A stretch of DNA of 64,000 nt, from contig CAWHXD010000008.1 in assembly GCA_963833225.1 (NCBI GenBank), forward strand, positions 736,001 through 800,000, given 5' to 3'. This document shows, piece after piece, positions 53,591 to 62,367 of this stretch (positions within the stretch are counted from its first letter, which is position 1; the number at the start of each line of letters is the position of its first letter). The position numbers were made by a program, and so were the translations under genes. A model generated the notes under the pieces. That model saw nothing but the letters and a program-made list of their open reading frames with translations. It had not been told where the DNA came from and made no database searches. Source of the stretch: an uncultured Chloroflexia bacterium. GTDB lineage: Bacteria; Chloroflexota; Limnocylindria; Limnocylindrales; CSP1-4.

Positions 53591-54460
53591 TCAGTCGCTG
53601 CCGGCTCGTGCCCTGGGCTGTGCCGGGTCCCAGTTCATGAGCCAGCGGTGGTCGGGGTCCACCGTGAAATTCCAGACCCGCGTCGGCCCCGCCATGACGT
53701 TGAGGTACCAGCAGTCGTAGCCCGCCGCGGCACCCACCACGTGGTAGCCGCGGGGCACGAGGATCACGTCCCCGTCGCGCGCTGCCATCGTCTGATCGAG
53801 CGAGCGGTCCGGGGTATAGACCCGCTGGATCGCGAAGCCCGTGGGGCGGGCAAACCGGTAGAAGTAGAGCTCCTCCAGCGCTGACTCCCGGGGCGGATCC
53901 TCGGTGTCGTGCTTGTGGGGCGGATAGCTGGACCAGTTGCCGCCCGGCGTGTACGCCTCGACCACGATCAGCCGGCCGGCCTCGGCGGACGGCGGCAGCA
54001 GGTTCTTGATCGTCCGCTCCGAGGCACTCTCGCCGCGACGCTCCACGAGGATCGTCGCCGGGTCGATGTGGGCGGTCCGCCGGATGTCACCTGCCGGCGC
54101 CGCCGCGATCCCGAGCAGCACCGGTCCATGGGCCATGACCTCGACATCCTCGCCCGGGGCACACAGGACGACGCCCGCGGGCGGTTCGTCGAACACCGTG
54201 TCGCGGCTGCCAACCCGCTCGAAGGTGGCCGCGCCCACCCGGACACGCGCCGATCCCTCGAGCACCAGCACCAGCACCTCGCGGTCGTCGCCCGGGCGGG
54301 TCACGACACCCCCCTGAACCAGACGCCAGGCGTCGAACGAGGTCCAGGTCCAGCCCGCCGAGTCGGGCGTGATCCGGTGGATCAGCCCGTCGGCCGCCGG
54401 CGGGGTCGCCGGCCGGACGAGGGAGCCGGTCTCCCGGCCCCCCGGGGCGACCTCCGTCAC
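53591..54460 (-). CDS. iolB: 5-deoxy-glucuronate isomerase
   Basis: GGNWSSYPPHKHD, LEELYFYRF, VPRGYH, YLNVMAGP. Confidence 0.95.
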   Translation of the reverse strand: MTEVAPGGRETGSLVRPATPPAADGLIHRITPDSAGWTWTSFDAWRLVQGGVVTRPGDDREVLVLVLEGSARVRVGAATFERVGSRDTVFDEPPAGVVLCAPGEDVEVMAHGPVLLGIAAAPAGDIRRTAHIDPATILVERRGESASERTIKNLLPPSAEAGRLIVVEAYTPGGNWSSYPPHKHDTEDPPRESALEELYFYRFARPTGFAIQRVYTPDRSLDQTMAARDGDVILVPRGYHVVGAAAGYDCWYLNVMAGPTRVWNFTVDPDHRWLMNWDPAQPRARAGSD

Positions 54461-56358
54461 CGGCCGCCGCCCTGCTGGTAGGGAGCGCCCGGGATCATCA
54501 GGTAGCGCTGGCGGCCCTTGTTGCGGTCGAAATCCTCGCGGGCGGCGTTGACCGCCGGCATCTCGGACACCATCGGCGTGGCCATCTCCCACCACGAGTT
54601 GGCGTAGCCCTTCACCCGCTCGTCCCAGTCGGTCTGGACCACGATGCACACGGTCTCCGTGCCGGCGCGGGCATCGACGAGGGCGCCTCGAAGCTCGTCG
54701 AGCGTCCTGACCTCCAGGGCCTTCGCGCCCATGCCCTCGCAGATCTTGACGAAGTCGAGGCGCATCTCCGGCCCGTCGTAGGCGCCGGACGGGCCGCGGT
54801 ACCGGTAGTGGCACCCAAATCCCTCCGCGCCAACCTGCTCGGACACGCGGCCGACCGACGAGTAGCCCTTGTTGTCGACGATCACGACGATGAGCTTGAG
54901 GCCCTCCTGGACGGCGGTCGTGATCTCGTTGCTCATCATCTGGAATGAGCCATCGCCGACCATGACGTAGACCTCGCGATCCGGCGCGGCCAGCTTGGCG
55001 CCCAGGCCACCGGCGATCTCGTAGCCCATCGTGGAGTAGCCGTACTCCACCTGGTAGCTGGAGACGTCGCGCGAGCGCCACAGCTTGAGCAGGTCGCCGG
55101 GCAGGCTGCCGGCGGAGGTGACGACGACGTCACGGGCGTCCGTCGACGCCTCGACGGCGCCGATGACCTCACCCTGCGTCAGCACGTCGCCCACGCTGTG
55201 GGCGTAGACCCGGCTGACCTCGGCGTCCCACTCGCGGTTGAGCTCCAGCACTCGGGCGCGGTAGTCGGCTGCCGTGGCGTAGTCGCCGACGGCCTCGGCC
55301 AGGTCCTCGATCGCCGCGCGCGCATCGCCGACGAGCGGGACGGCGGCGTGCTTGTAGGCGTCGAACTCGGCGACATTGATGTTGATGAACCGGACGCCCG
55401 GCGTCTGGAACGCGGTCTTGGACGCGGTCGGGAAGTCCGTGAACCGGGTGCCGATCCCGATGACGAGGTCCGCGTCGGGCCCGATGACGTTGGCGGCAAG
55501 GGTCCCGGAGACGCCCGCGCCACCCAAGCTGAGCGGATGGTCATAGGGCAGCGAGCCCTTGCCGGCGTGGGTCTCGGCCACCGGGATCCCGGTCTGCTCG
55601 GCGAACGCGCGGAGGGTGTCGGTCGCCTCGCTGTAGCGCACGCCGCCACCGGCGAAGATGACCGGCCGCTGGCTCTCGCGGATCCAGGCCGCGGCCGTGG
55701 CGACCGCGTTGCGGTCGGGTCGGTTGCGGGGGATGGACCACACGCGCTTCTCGAACATCTCGATGGGGTAGTCGAAGGCGTAGGTCTGGATGTCCTGGGG
55801 CAGGCCGAGGAACACCGCCCCCGTCTCGGCGGGAGAGGTCAGGATCCGCATCACCTCGGGCGCGACAGTGATCACCTGCTCGGGGCGGTTGATCCGGTCC
55901 CAGTAGCGGACGACGGGCCGGAAGGCATCGCTGACGCTGGTGTCCTGGGAGAAGGGATGCTCGAGCTGCTGGAGGACGGGCGACTGCACGCGCTCGGCGA
56001 ACGCGTCGCCGGACATCAGCAGGACGGGGACGTGGTTGATGGTCGCCGACGCCGCGCCGGTGACCATGTTGGTCGCGCCCGGGCCGATGGAGGTGAGGCA
56101 GGCGAAGGCGCCCAGGCGGTTCCTGAGCTTCGCGTAGCCAACCGCCGCGTGGACCATCGCCTGCTCGTTGCGGGTCAGGTAGTAGGGGAAGTCCGCCTCG
56201 GCCTGCTGGATCGCCTGCGCGACCCCGCCGATGTTGCCGTGGCCGAAGATGCCCCACAGGCCGGCGAAGAAGCGATTCTCGACGCCGTCGCGCTCCACGT
56301 ACTGCTGGGCGATGTAGTTGATCAGCGCCTGCCCGGTCGTGAGTCGGATCGTTGCCAC
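54457..56358 (-). CDS. iolD: 3D-(3,5/4)-trihydroxycyclohexane-1,2-dione acylhydrolase (ThDP-dependent)
   Basis: IRLTTGQAL, GIFGHGN, SIGPGATN, VLQQLE, EYGYSTMGYE, VGDGS. Confidence 0.95.
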   Translation of the reverse strand: MATIRLTTGQALINYIAQQYVERDGVENRFFAGLWGIFGHGNIGGVAQAIQQAEADFPYYLTRNEQAMVHAAVGYAKLRNRLGAFACLTSIGPGATNMVTGAASATINHVPVLLMSGDAFAERVQSPVLQQLEHPFSQDTSVSDAFRPVVRYWDRINRPEQVITVAPEVMRILTSPAETGAVFLGLPQDIQTYAFDYPIEMFEKRVWSIPRNRPDRNAVATAAAWIRESQRPVIFAGGGVRYSEATDTLRAFAEQTGIPVAETHAGKGSLPYDHPLSLGGAGVSGTLAANVIGPDADLVIGIGTRFTDFPTASKTAFQTPGVRFININVAEFDAYKHAAVPLVGDARAAIEDLAEAVGDYATAADYRARVLELNREWDAEVSRVYAHSVGDVLTQGEVIGAVEASTDARDVVVTSAGSLPGDLLKLWRSRDVSSYQVEYGYSTMGYEIAGGLGAKLAAPDREVYVMVGDGSFQMMSNEITTAVQEGLKLIVVIVDNKGYSSVGRVSEQVGAEGFGCHYRYRGPSGAYDGPEMRLDFVKICEGMGAKALEVRTLDELRGALVDARAGTETVCIVVQTDWDERVKGYANSWWEMATPMVSEMPAVNAAREDFDRNKGRQRYLMIPGAPYQQGGGR

Positions 56359-56389
56359 CCTGACCTCCCTCGTGCTTGTGGTCCTGTTG

Positions 56390-57154
56390 TCAAGAGCGGT
56401 GACCGAGCGTCCGTGACAGGCGGGCAGCCGCATCCACGACCGCGCGCGCCGCTTCCGGGACTCGTTCGAAGGTGAGCCGAACGCTGGGCGCGTCGATGCC
56501 GATGCAGCCGACGGCCTTGCCGGTGGCGTCGAACACGGGGGCGGAGATGCACCGCGTGTGCGGGTCGTTCTCCTCGTCGTCGAGCGCGTAGCCACGGGAC
56601 CGGACGTCGTCCAGGTGCGCACGAAGCGCATCGGGGTTGGTGATCGTGCGCGCCGTTCGACCCGGGAGCGCCTCGGGGATCTCGGCCAGGCCCCACGCGA
56701 GGAGCGTCTTCCCCGCCGAGGTGCAGTGCAGGGCGACGTGGCGGCCGGACCCAGGCACCACCCGCAACGGCTTGTCGGTCTCGACGTCGTCAATGACCAG
56801 TGCGCGGCCCCCATCGGCGACGGCGGCATGCGCACATTCGCCGGTCGCCTCGACGAGCGATGCCAGGAACGGCCGGGCCGCCTCCTTGAACCGCTCCAGC
56901 CCGGTTGGGAGCTGTCCGTTCCGGCGAAGCGCGGGGCCAACGATATAGCCGTGTCCACCGGCGTCCGACGGCGCGGCATAGCCGGCATCGGCCAGGGTCC
57001 GCAACAGGCGGAGGGCCGTGGTCTTGTGGACGTCGATCTCGGCGGCGATGGCCTGGATCGTCACGCCCCGGTCGCGGAGCACCGGATCCGCATCGGCCTC
57101 GAGCAGCATGTCGAGGATGCGGAGGCTGCGGGCAAGCGACTGGACCGGTTCCAC
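56390..57154 (-). CDS. IclR family transcriptional regulator
   Basis: VQSLARSLRIL, HKTTALRLLRTL, LHCTSAGK, RGYALDDEE, CISAPVF. Confidence 0.92.
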   Translation of the reverse strand: MEPVQSLARSLRILDMLLEADADPVLRDRGVTIQAIAAEIDVHKTTALRLLRTLADAGYAAPSDAGGHGYIVGPALRRNGQLPTGLERFKEAARPFLASLVEATGECAHAAVADGGRALVIDDVETDKPLRVVPGSGRHVALHCTSAGKTLLAWGLAEIPEALPGRTARTITNPDALRAHLDDVRSRGYALDDEENDPHTRCISAPVFDATGKAVGCIGIDAPSVRLTFERVPEAARAVVDAAARLSRTLGHRS

Positions 57155-57162
57155 GTCGTCGT

Positions 57163-57192
57163 AGCGTATGACGCAGCGCGTGCCGATGTCAA
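57163..57192 (-). promoter_or_regulatory. sigma70 promoter driving a probably leaderless IclR-iolD-iolB-tal transcript
   Basis: TTGACA-18-TACGCT, 8 nt before the GTG, with no SD. Confidence 0.6.
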
Positions 57193-57270
57193 CTGCGTCT
57201 GGCGCATTCGTATCGGGTTCCGGGACGTGGCTGCTGCCAGCGACCGATGCGCCTCTCGCTACGCCTCTCG

Positions 57271-59805
57271 CTACGCGACCCAGACCGTCCGGCCGTGCCG
57301 GACCGTCCGGACCGCTTCGGCCGCGGCCGCGGGCAGGAACGCGACCAGGGCCACGATCGCCCAGTCGCCCGGGTTGAGCGGCGTCGCCCGGAAGGCCTCG
57401 GCGAGGACGGGCACCGCGGGGATGAGCACCTGGAGCGCGATCGCCGCCAGGCACGCGCCGAGCAGGAACCGGTTGGTCCCGAGGCGGTGGATCGGCACGC
57501 GCAGGCTGCGGTTCCAGTAGGCGCGCACGCATTGGCCCGCCACGAGGATCGTGTAGGCGAGCCAGGCGGCGTGGTCGAAGCCGCCGTCGTCCATGAGCAT
57601 CACCACCAGCGCGGCGATGGCCGTGAAGGCACCGGCACCGGCGATGCGCGCCAGGATCCCGTCGGTCAGCAGCGGCTGCTCGGCGTGTCGCGGAGGACGC
57701 GTCATGAGCTCCGGCTCAGGTGGCTCCCGCTCGAAGGCGATGGACGTGGAGAGGTCGATGAAGAACTCCATCCACAGGATCTGGAGCGGGATCAGGACCT
57801 GGCGCTCGGCCACGAAGATCGTGGACACGAGGATGAAGCCCAGGAACGCGACGTGGGTCGACAGCAGGAAGGTGAGGCCCTTCTGCACGTTGTCCACGAT
57901 CCGGCGTCCCTCGGCGAGCCCGTACATCAGGGTGGCGAAGGAGTCGTCGCCGAGGGTGAGATCCGATGCCTCGCGTGCGACCGCGGTCCCGCTGCCCATC
58001 GCGACGGCCACGTCTGCCCCGTGGAGGGCGGGGGCATCGTTCACGCCGTCCCCGGTGACCGCAACGATCCGGTGATCCGTCCGTGCCGCCTGCACGATGC
58101 GCCGCTTCTGGTCCGGCGTGGACCGGGCGACCACCTGGAGGGCAGGCAGCTCCCGCGCCAGCCGCGGGTCGTCCCAGCCGGCGAGCTCCTCGCCCGTGAC
58201 GATCCGGCCCGTGTCGAGCCCGGCCTCGCGCGCGATCGCCGCCGCCGTGAGCGGGTGATCGCCCGTGACCACCACCACCTGGATCCCCGCCGCACGGGCC
58301 GTCGCCATCGCGTCGGCGATGCCCTCCCGGATGGGATCCGCAAAACCCACCAGGGCGCGCATCCGCCACGGGGCGTCGTCGAGGCGGCGGGCCAGGGCGA
58401 CCAGCCGCTCGCCGGCAGCAGCCGAGGCGTCGATCAGGTCCGCCCACGGACCGGGCCCGTCGCCATCGGCGCCGGCGGCGCCGTCCACGAAGGCGAGCAC
58501 GACCTCCGGGGCGCCCAGGGCGAGGGACTCGATGCGGCCGTCACGGCGGGCGGTGGTGCGTGTCACCGGCACCGTGTCCGAGGCTGGCGATGCCTCCACC
58601 AGGTCCGCCCTGTCGAGCGCCGTGACCCCCTCGAGCTCGGTGACGGCGGCACGCAGCGCGCGTGTGAACGACGCCGGGGTGACGTCGTCGCCGGGCCAGG
58701 CGTCCTCCTCGGCTCGGAGCGCCTCCTCGAGCAGGGTCCGTCGCTCGGCGGGGTCCTCCACGAGGCCCGCGGGCGTGCGCACGGACGACACGACGAGACG
58801 GTTCTGGGTGATCGTGCCGGTCTTGTCCGTGACGATCAGGTCCACGGCGCCGAGCGTCTCCTCGGCGTTGAGCCGCCGGACGAGGACGCCCCGCTTGAGC
58901 AGCCGGTAGGCGCCCAGGCCGAGGATCACCGCCAGGAGCACGGGCGGCTCCTCCGGGATCGCCGCGATCGCGGCCGAGATGCCGGCCAGGACGTTCTCCC
59001 CGAGCGGGTGCCCGCGCAGGAACCCCATCCCGCTCGTGAACACGATCAGCGCGATCGCGATGACGAGCAGGATCCGCACCAGCCGGTCCAGCTCGCGCTG
59101 GAGCGGGCTGCGGCGGCGCTCGGCCGACGCCAGGCTGCCGGCGATCCTGCCGAACTCGGTGGCGGCGCCGATGGCCACGACGATCCCCTCGCCGCGCCCG
59201 CCGACCACGCTCGTACCCGAGTAGGCGATCGAGCGCCGGCCCGTGAGCGCGGCGTCCGCCGGGTCGGGTTCTGCCCGCGCCTCCTCCGGGATCGACTCGC
59301 CCGTGAGGGTGCTCCGGTCCATGAGCAGGCGGTCGACCCGGGTGAGCCGCAGGTCGGCCGGCACCACGTCGCCACCCTGGAGCAGGACGACGTCGCCGGT
59401 CACCAGCGAGGCTGCCGGGACCGTGGCTACTCGGCCGTCGCGGCGGGCCCTCGCCATCGGGGCCGTCGCGTCGCGCAGCGCCTCCAGCGCCCGCTCGCCG
59501 CGGTACTCCGTGACGACGTCGGCCCCGACGATGGGCAGCAGTCCGACAAGGACGAGCAGGCCGTCGCGGACCTCGCCGACCACGATCGCCAGGATCCCCG
59601 CGCCCGCGAGCATGAGGACGAACGGCTCCGTGAGCGCTTGGAGGACCATCCGCCAGACCGGGTCGCGCCTCGCCTCCTCGAGCGCATTGGGGCCCTGCAC
59701 CTGGGCGCGGCGCTCGACCTCGGCGGCGGCCAGTCCGGAGGCCGGATCAACCCCGAGCTGCGCCGCGACCGACGCCGGGTCGATGGCGTGCCACGGCCCG
59801 CTCAC
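57271..59805 (-). CDS. P-type (type II-like) cation-transporting ATPase
   Basis: TGES, IPEE, DKTGT, TGDH and TGDGVNDAPAL motifs; about 10 TM helices. Confidence 0.93.
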   Translation of the reverse strand: MSGPWHAIDPASVAAQLGVDPASGLAAAEVERRAQVQGPNALEEARRDPVWRMVLQALTEPFVLMLAGAGILAIVVGEVRDGLLVLVGLLPIVGADVVTEYRGERALEALRDATAPMARARRDGRVATVPAASLVTGDVVLLQGGDVVPADLRLTRVDRLLMDRSTLTGESIPEEARAEPDPADAALTGRRSIAYSGTSVVGGRGEGIVVAIGAATEFGRIAGSLASAERRRSPLQRELDRLVRILLVIAIALIVFTSGMGFLRGHPLGENVLAGISAAIAAIPEEPPVLLAVILGLGAYRLLKRGVLVRRLNAEETLGAVDLIVTDKTGTITQNRLVVSSVRTPAGLVEDPAERRTLLEEALRAEEDAWPGDDVTPASFTRALRAAVTELEGVTALDRADLVEASPASDTVPVTRTTARRDGRIESLALGAPEVVLAFVDGAAGADGDGPGPWADLIDASAAAGERLVALARRLDDAPWRMRALVGFADPIREGIADAMATARAAGIQVVVVTGDHPLTAAAIAREAGLDTGRIVTGEELAGWDDPRLARELPALQVVARSTPDQKRRIVQAARTDHRIVAVTGDGVNDAPALHGADVAVAMGSGTAVAREASDLTLGDDSFATLMYGLAEGRRIVDNVQKGLTFLLSTHVAFLGFILVSTIFVAERQVLIPLQILWMEFFIDLSTSIAFEREPPEPELMTRPPRHAEQPLLTDGILARIAGAGAFTAIAALVVMLMDDGGFDHAAWLAYTILVAGQCVRAYWNRSLRVPIHRLGTNRFLLGACLAAIALQVLIPAVPVLAEAFRATPLNPGDWAIVALVAFLPAAAAEAVRTVRHGRTVWVA

Positions 59806-60404
59806 GGCTGGAAGGCCTGCTCCAGGCCATCCATCCCGATCTCGAGGATTCGCAGCGCCGCTGCGCGCCCCAGGTCCCGGTCCGCAGACATCGCCGCCAG
59901 GCCCACACCGACGACGGCACCGGCCGCCGCCTGGACCTGCGCGTCGTGCGGGTCCCGCCCCCAGCGTTCGCCGATGAGGGCCGCGAACAGCCCCACGGCA
60001 CCGGTGGCCTCACCGAGCATGGCCTCGCGAAGGCGAGCGAGCGTCGTCAGCGCGTTGCGGTCGTCCGAGCTTGCTCCGGGCAGCATCGACGAGAGCTCGG
60101 GCAGGCTCGCCCGCAGCGCGACGGCGATCGCATCAAACACGGTGTCGCCCGGTGCCGCCACCCGGAAGGCCTCGCGGACGAGGGTTGAGAGGTCGACGGA
60201 CACGACGAGCTGGGCCTTGGTCGGGAAATAGCGGAACAGCGTGCTGAGCGAGACGTCGGCAGCCTCGGCAATCTGTTGGACGGTCGTGGCCTCGTAGCCC
60301 TGATCTGCGAACAGCCGGAGGGCAGCCTCGCGCACCTGGGCGCGGGTCCGCTCCTTCTTCCGCTGGCGAAGGCCTGGCCTTGCCTGGCTGGAGGCCTCGA
60401 TCAT
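59802..60404 (-). CDS. TetR family transcriptional regulator
   Basis: GLRQRKKERTR...LFADQGYEATTVQQIAEAADVSLSTLFRYFPTK. Confidence 0.93.
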   Translation of the reverse strand: MIEASSQARPGLRQRKKERTRAQVREAALRLFADQGYEATTVQQIAEAADVSLSTLFRYFPTKAQLVVSVDLSTLVREAFRVAAPGDTVFDAIAVALRASLPELSSMLPGASSDDRNALTTLARLREAMLGEATGAVGLFAALIGERWGRDPHDAQVQAAAGAVVGVGLAAMSADRDLGRAAALRILEIGMDGLEQAFQP

Positions 60405-60487
60405 CGCTCGCTCCTCGCCCCGTCCGCCGCGGCTGGGCACGAGGAAGGGGCCCGCCCGGCGGACGGACCCCTTCTGAGCCGGCGGGG

Positions 60488-60793
60488 TCAATGGACGGGT
60501 GCGCCGTGGCCCATGCCACCGTGCTCCCGCGAGCGGGAGTACCAGATGGCAAGGAGATCAACGACCACGCCGACGATCAGGCCGCCGGCGAGGGCCGGCC
60601 AGACGGCGATTCCCTCGAACTCAGGAGTCGCGGTGCTGAACAGCCACTCGCTGGCGCCGACGGCGCCGACGAAGGCCGCGATGGAGCTGACGATCCACCG
60701 GTAGGGCAGATCGGGCGTCCGGACGAGGAACTGCGCGGCGATGCCGAGCACCAGCGCGCCGACAACGAGGATGAGCCATCCCAGGATGGTCAT
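60488..60793 (-). CDS. small 3-TM membrane protein (GlsB/YeaQ/transglycosylase-associated-like)
   Basis: MTILGWLILVVGALVLGIAAQFL..., GGAGG RBS. Confidence 0.7.
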   Translation of the reverse strand: MTILGWLILVVGALVLGIAAQFLVRTPDLPYRWIVSSIAAFVGAVGASEWLFSTATPEFEGIAVWPALAGGLIVGVVVDLLAIWYSRSREHGGMGHGAPVH

Positions 60794-60977
60794 GGGGTAC
60801 CTCCAGTCCCTGCCTCCTGTCGCTGGCAGGTCCGCGCAACCGAGGCGGACCCGGCCCCCCCGGGCCTCGCGGCCACCTCCTCGGTCACCGCGGAGTACAC
60901 ACGATCCACCCGTCGGCGTGGAGGGGCAAGTGGCATGCATTGCACATGACAGTCATCCCAAATGACAGTAGTGCCAC

Positions 60978-61017
60978 AAAGAACGGGCCGCCACCCGTGG
61001 AGGGGATGGCGGCCGTT
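60978..61017 (-). terminator. intrinsic terminator after the rhodanese gene
   Basis: Minus strand: AACGGCCGCCATCC...GGGTGGCGGCCCGTTCTTT. Confidence 0.65.
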
Positions 61018-61083
61018 GAGATGCGGGAGCAGGCCTGCAGGGCGGGAGCGGCGCCCTCCGCACCGGGCGGGCCGCCAGCGATG

Positions 61084-61476
61084 CTACTGGGTGGGAGCGC
61101 CCGCGGCGACCAGGGCATCCATGGCCCCGCCGTCCACGATGTCCGTGAAGCCGGCCGCCGCCATCTGGTCAGCCGCGATCGCGCTTCGGCGACCCGAGTG
61201 GCAGTACACGAGGTAGGCGCCGTTGGGATCGAGCGACTTGATCCGCTGGGCGAAGTCGCCGGCCTCGACGTCGATGTTCTGGGCGCCCGCGATGTGGCCC
61301 GCGGCGTACTCGCCGGCCGTGCGGACATCGATCACGATCCGGGTGCCGATCATCTCGGCGGCGGCGGCCGTGGCGGGCTTCTGCACGGCGGAACCGGAGC
61401 CGCCGCAGGCGGCGACGACGCCGATCAGCAGGGAGGCGAGGACGAGCCCGAGACGGCGCGGAAGGGGGTGGGACAT
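61084..61476 (-). CDS. rhodanese-domain lipoprotein
   Basis: Signal with lipobox VAAC, IDVRTAGEYAAGHIAGA, active loop YCHSGRRS. Confidence 0.9.
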   Translation of the reverse strand: MSHPLPRRLGLVLASLLIGVVAACGGSGSAVQKPATAAAAEMIGTRIVIDVRTAGEYAAGHIAGAQNIDVEAGDFAQRIKSLDPNGAYLVYCHSGRRSAIAADQMAAAGFTDIVDGGAMDALVAAGAPTQ

Positions 61477-61562
61477 GGGGAAGGCTCCGGTCGAGGCGGG
61501 AGCGCCGCTGGCGGCGGTTCCCGAAAGATGGGTGGGTACCGACGGCCCGGCCGTCGGGTGGA

Positions 61563-61862
61563 TCACGCGGCCACGGCCTCGGCCGGGACGTCACGGAGGA
61601 TCGCCAGCAGATCGGCGCTCTCGATGATCAGGTGGTCCGTGTCGTCGACCCGGATCTCGGCGCCAGTGTACTTGGGGAACAGGACGCGATCGCCGACTGA
61701 GACCTTGATCAGCTCGCTGTCGTCACCGATGGCGAGGACCTCGCCACGCTGCGGCTTCTCCTTGGCCGTATCGGGGACGTAGAGCCCGGAGGGGGTGACG
61801 CTCTCGGCGGCGAGGACGCGGACGAGGACGCGGCTGCCGAGGGGCTGGACAGACTCGGACAT
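61563..61862 (-). CDS. groES: co-chaperonin GroES (no adjacent groEL)
   Basis: QPLGSRVLV, TPSGLYVPDTAKEKPQRGEVLAIG, GDRVLFPKYTG. Confidence 0.93.
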   Translation of the reverse strand: MSESVQPLGSRVLVRVLAAESVTPSGLYVPDTAKEKPQRGEVLAIGDDSELIKVSVGDRVLFPKYTGAEIRVDDTDHLIIESADLLAILRDVPAEAVAA

Positions 61863-61934
61863 GGCGGGTGGCTCCTGGGGGGACGCAGTGGGTGGTCGGG
61901 GTGGCTGAGACAGTGGCGTTGGCTTGGGGCTCGA

Positions 61935-62204
61935 TCAGTTCGGGCGGAGGCCGAGCGCGGCATCGATGCGGGCCTGGTCGAACCCGACGATGGGGCGGCC
62001 GTCGATCTCGATGACCGGGACGCCCATCTGGCCGGTCCGCCGGACGAGGTCGCGGGCCGCCGCGGGGTCGCGACTGACGTCGACATCCCGGAACGCGACA
62101 CCGCGACCGCGCAGATAGCCCTTCGCGCGCGTGCACCACGGGCACGTCGGCGTCGAGAACACGATCACGCGGTGCGGGCGGCTGGCGGTCGGCTGGGTCT
62201 GCAT
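61935..62204 (-). CDS. glutaredoxin/NrdH-like (YruB-type) redoxin
   Basis: FSTPTCPWC, TGQMGVPVI, IVGFD; GGAG RBS. Confidence 0.92.
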   Translation of the reverse strand: MQTQPTASRPHRVIVFSTPTCPWCTRAKGYLRGRGVAFRDVDVSRDPAAARDLVRRTGQMGVPVIEIDGRPIVGFDQARIDAALGLRPN

Positions 62205-62252
62205 GCTCCTGCTCCATCGCGGGTCCGGTTCGGCCGGCACACAGCCGGTCGA

Positions 62253-62310
62253 GCTACTTGCGTCATTGCGCAAGTAGCAGCATAGCCATTGTTACCGGCT
62301 TGCGCAAGCC
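62253..62310. promoter_or_regulatory. palindromic operator-like sites upstream of the glutaredoxin gene
   Basis: GCTACTTGCG-N6-CGCAAGTAGC (62253-62278) and GGCTTGCGCAAGCC (62297-62310). Confidence 0.55.
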
Positions 62311-62367
62311 CGCAACTACACCTCTGAGGCGGAATCCGGAGGCGGTGCGGACGATGGTTCCGGGGGC

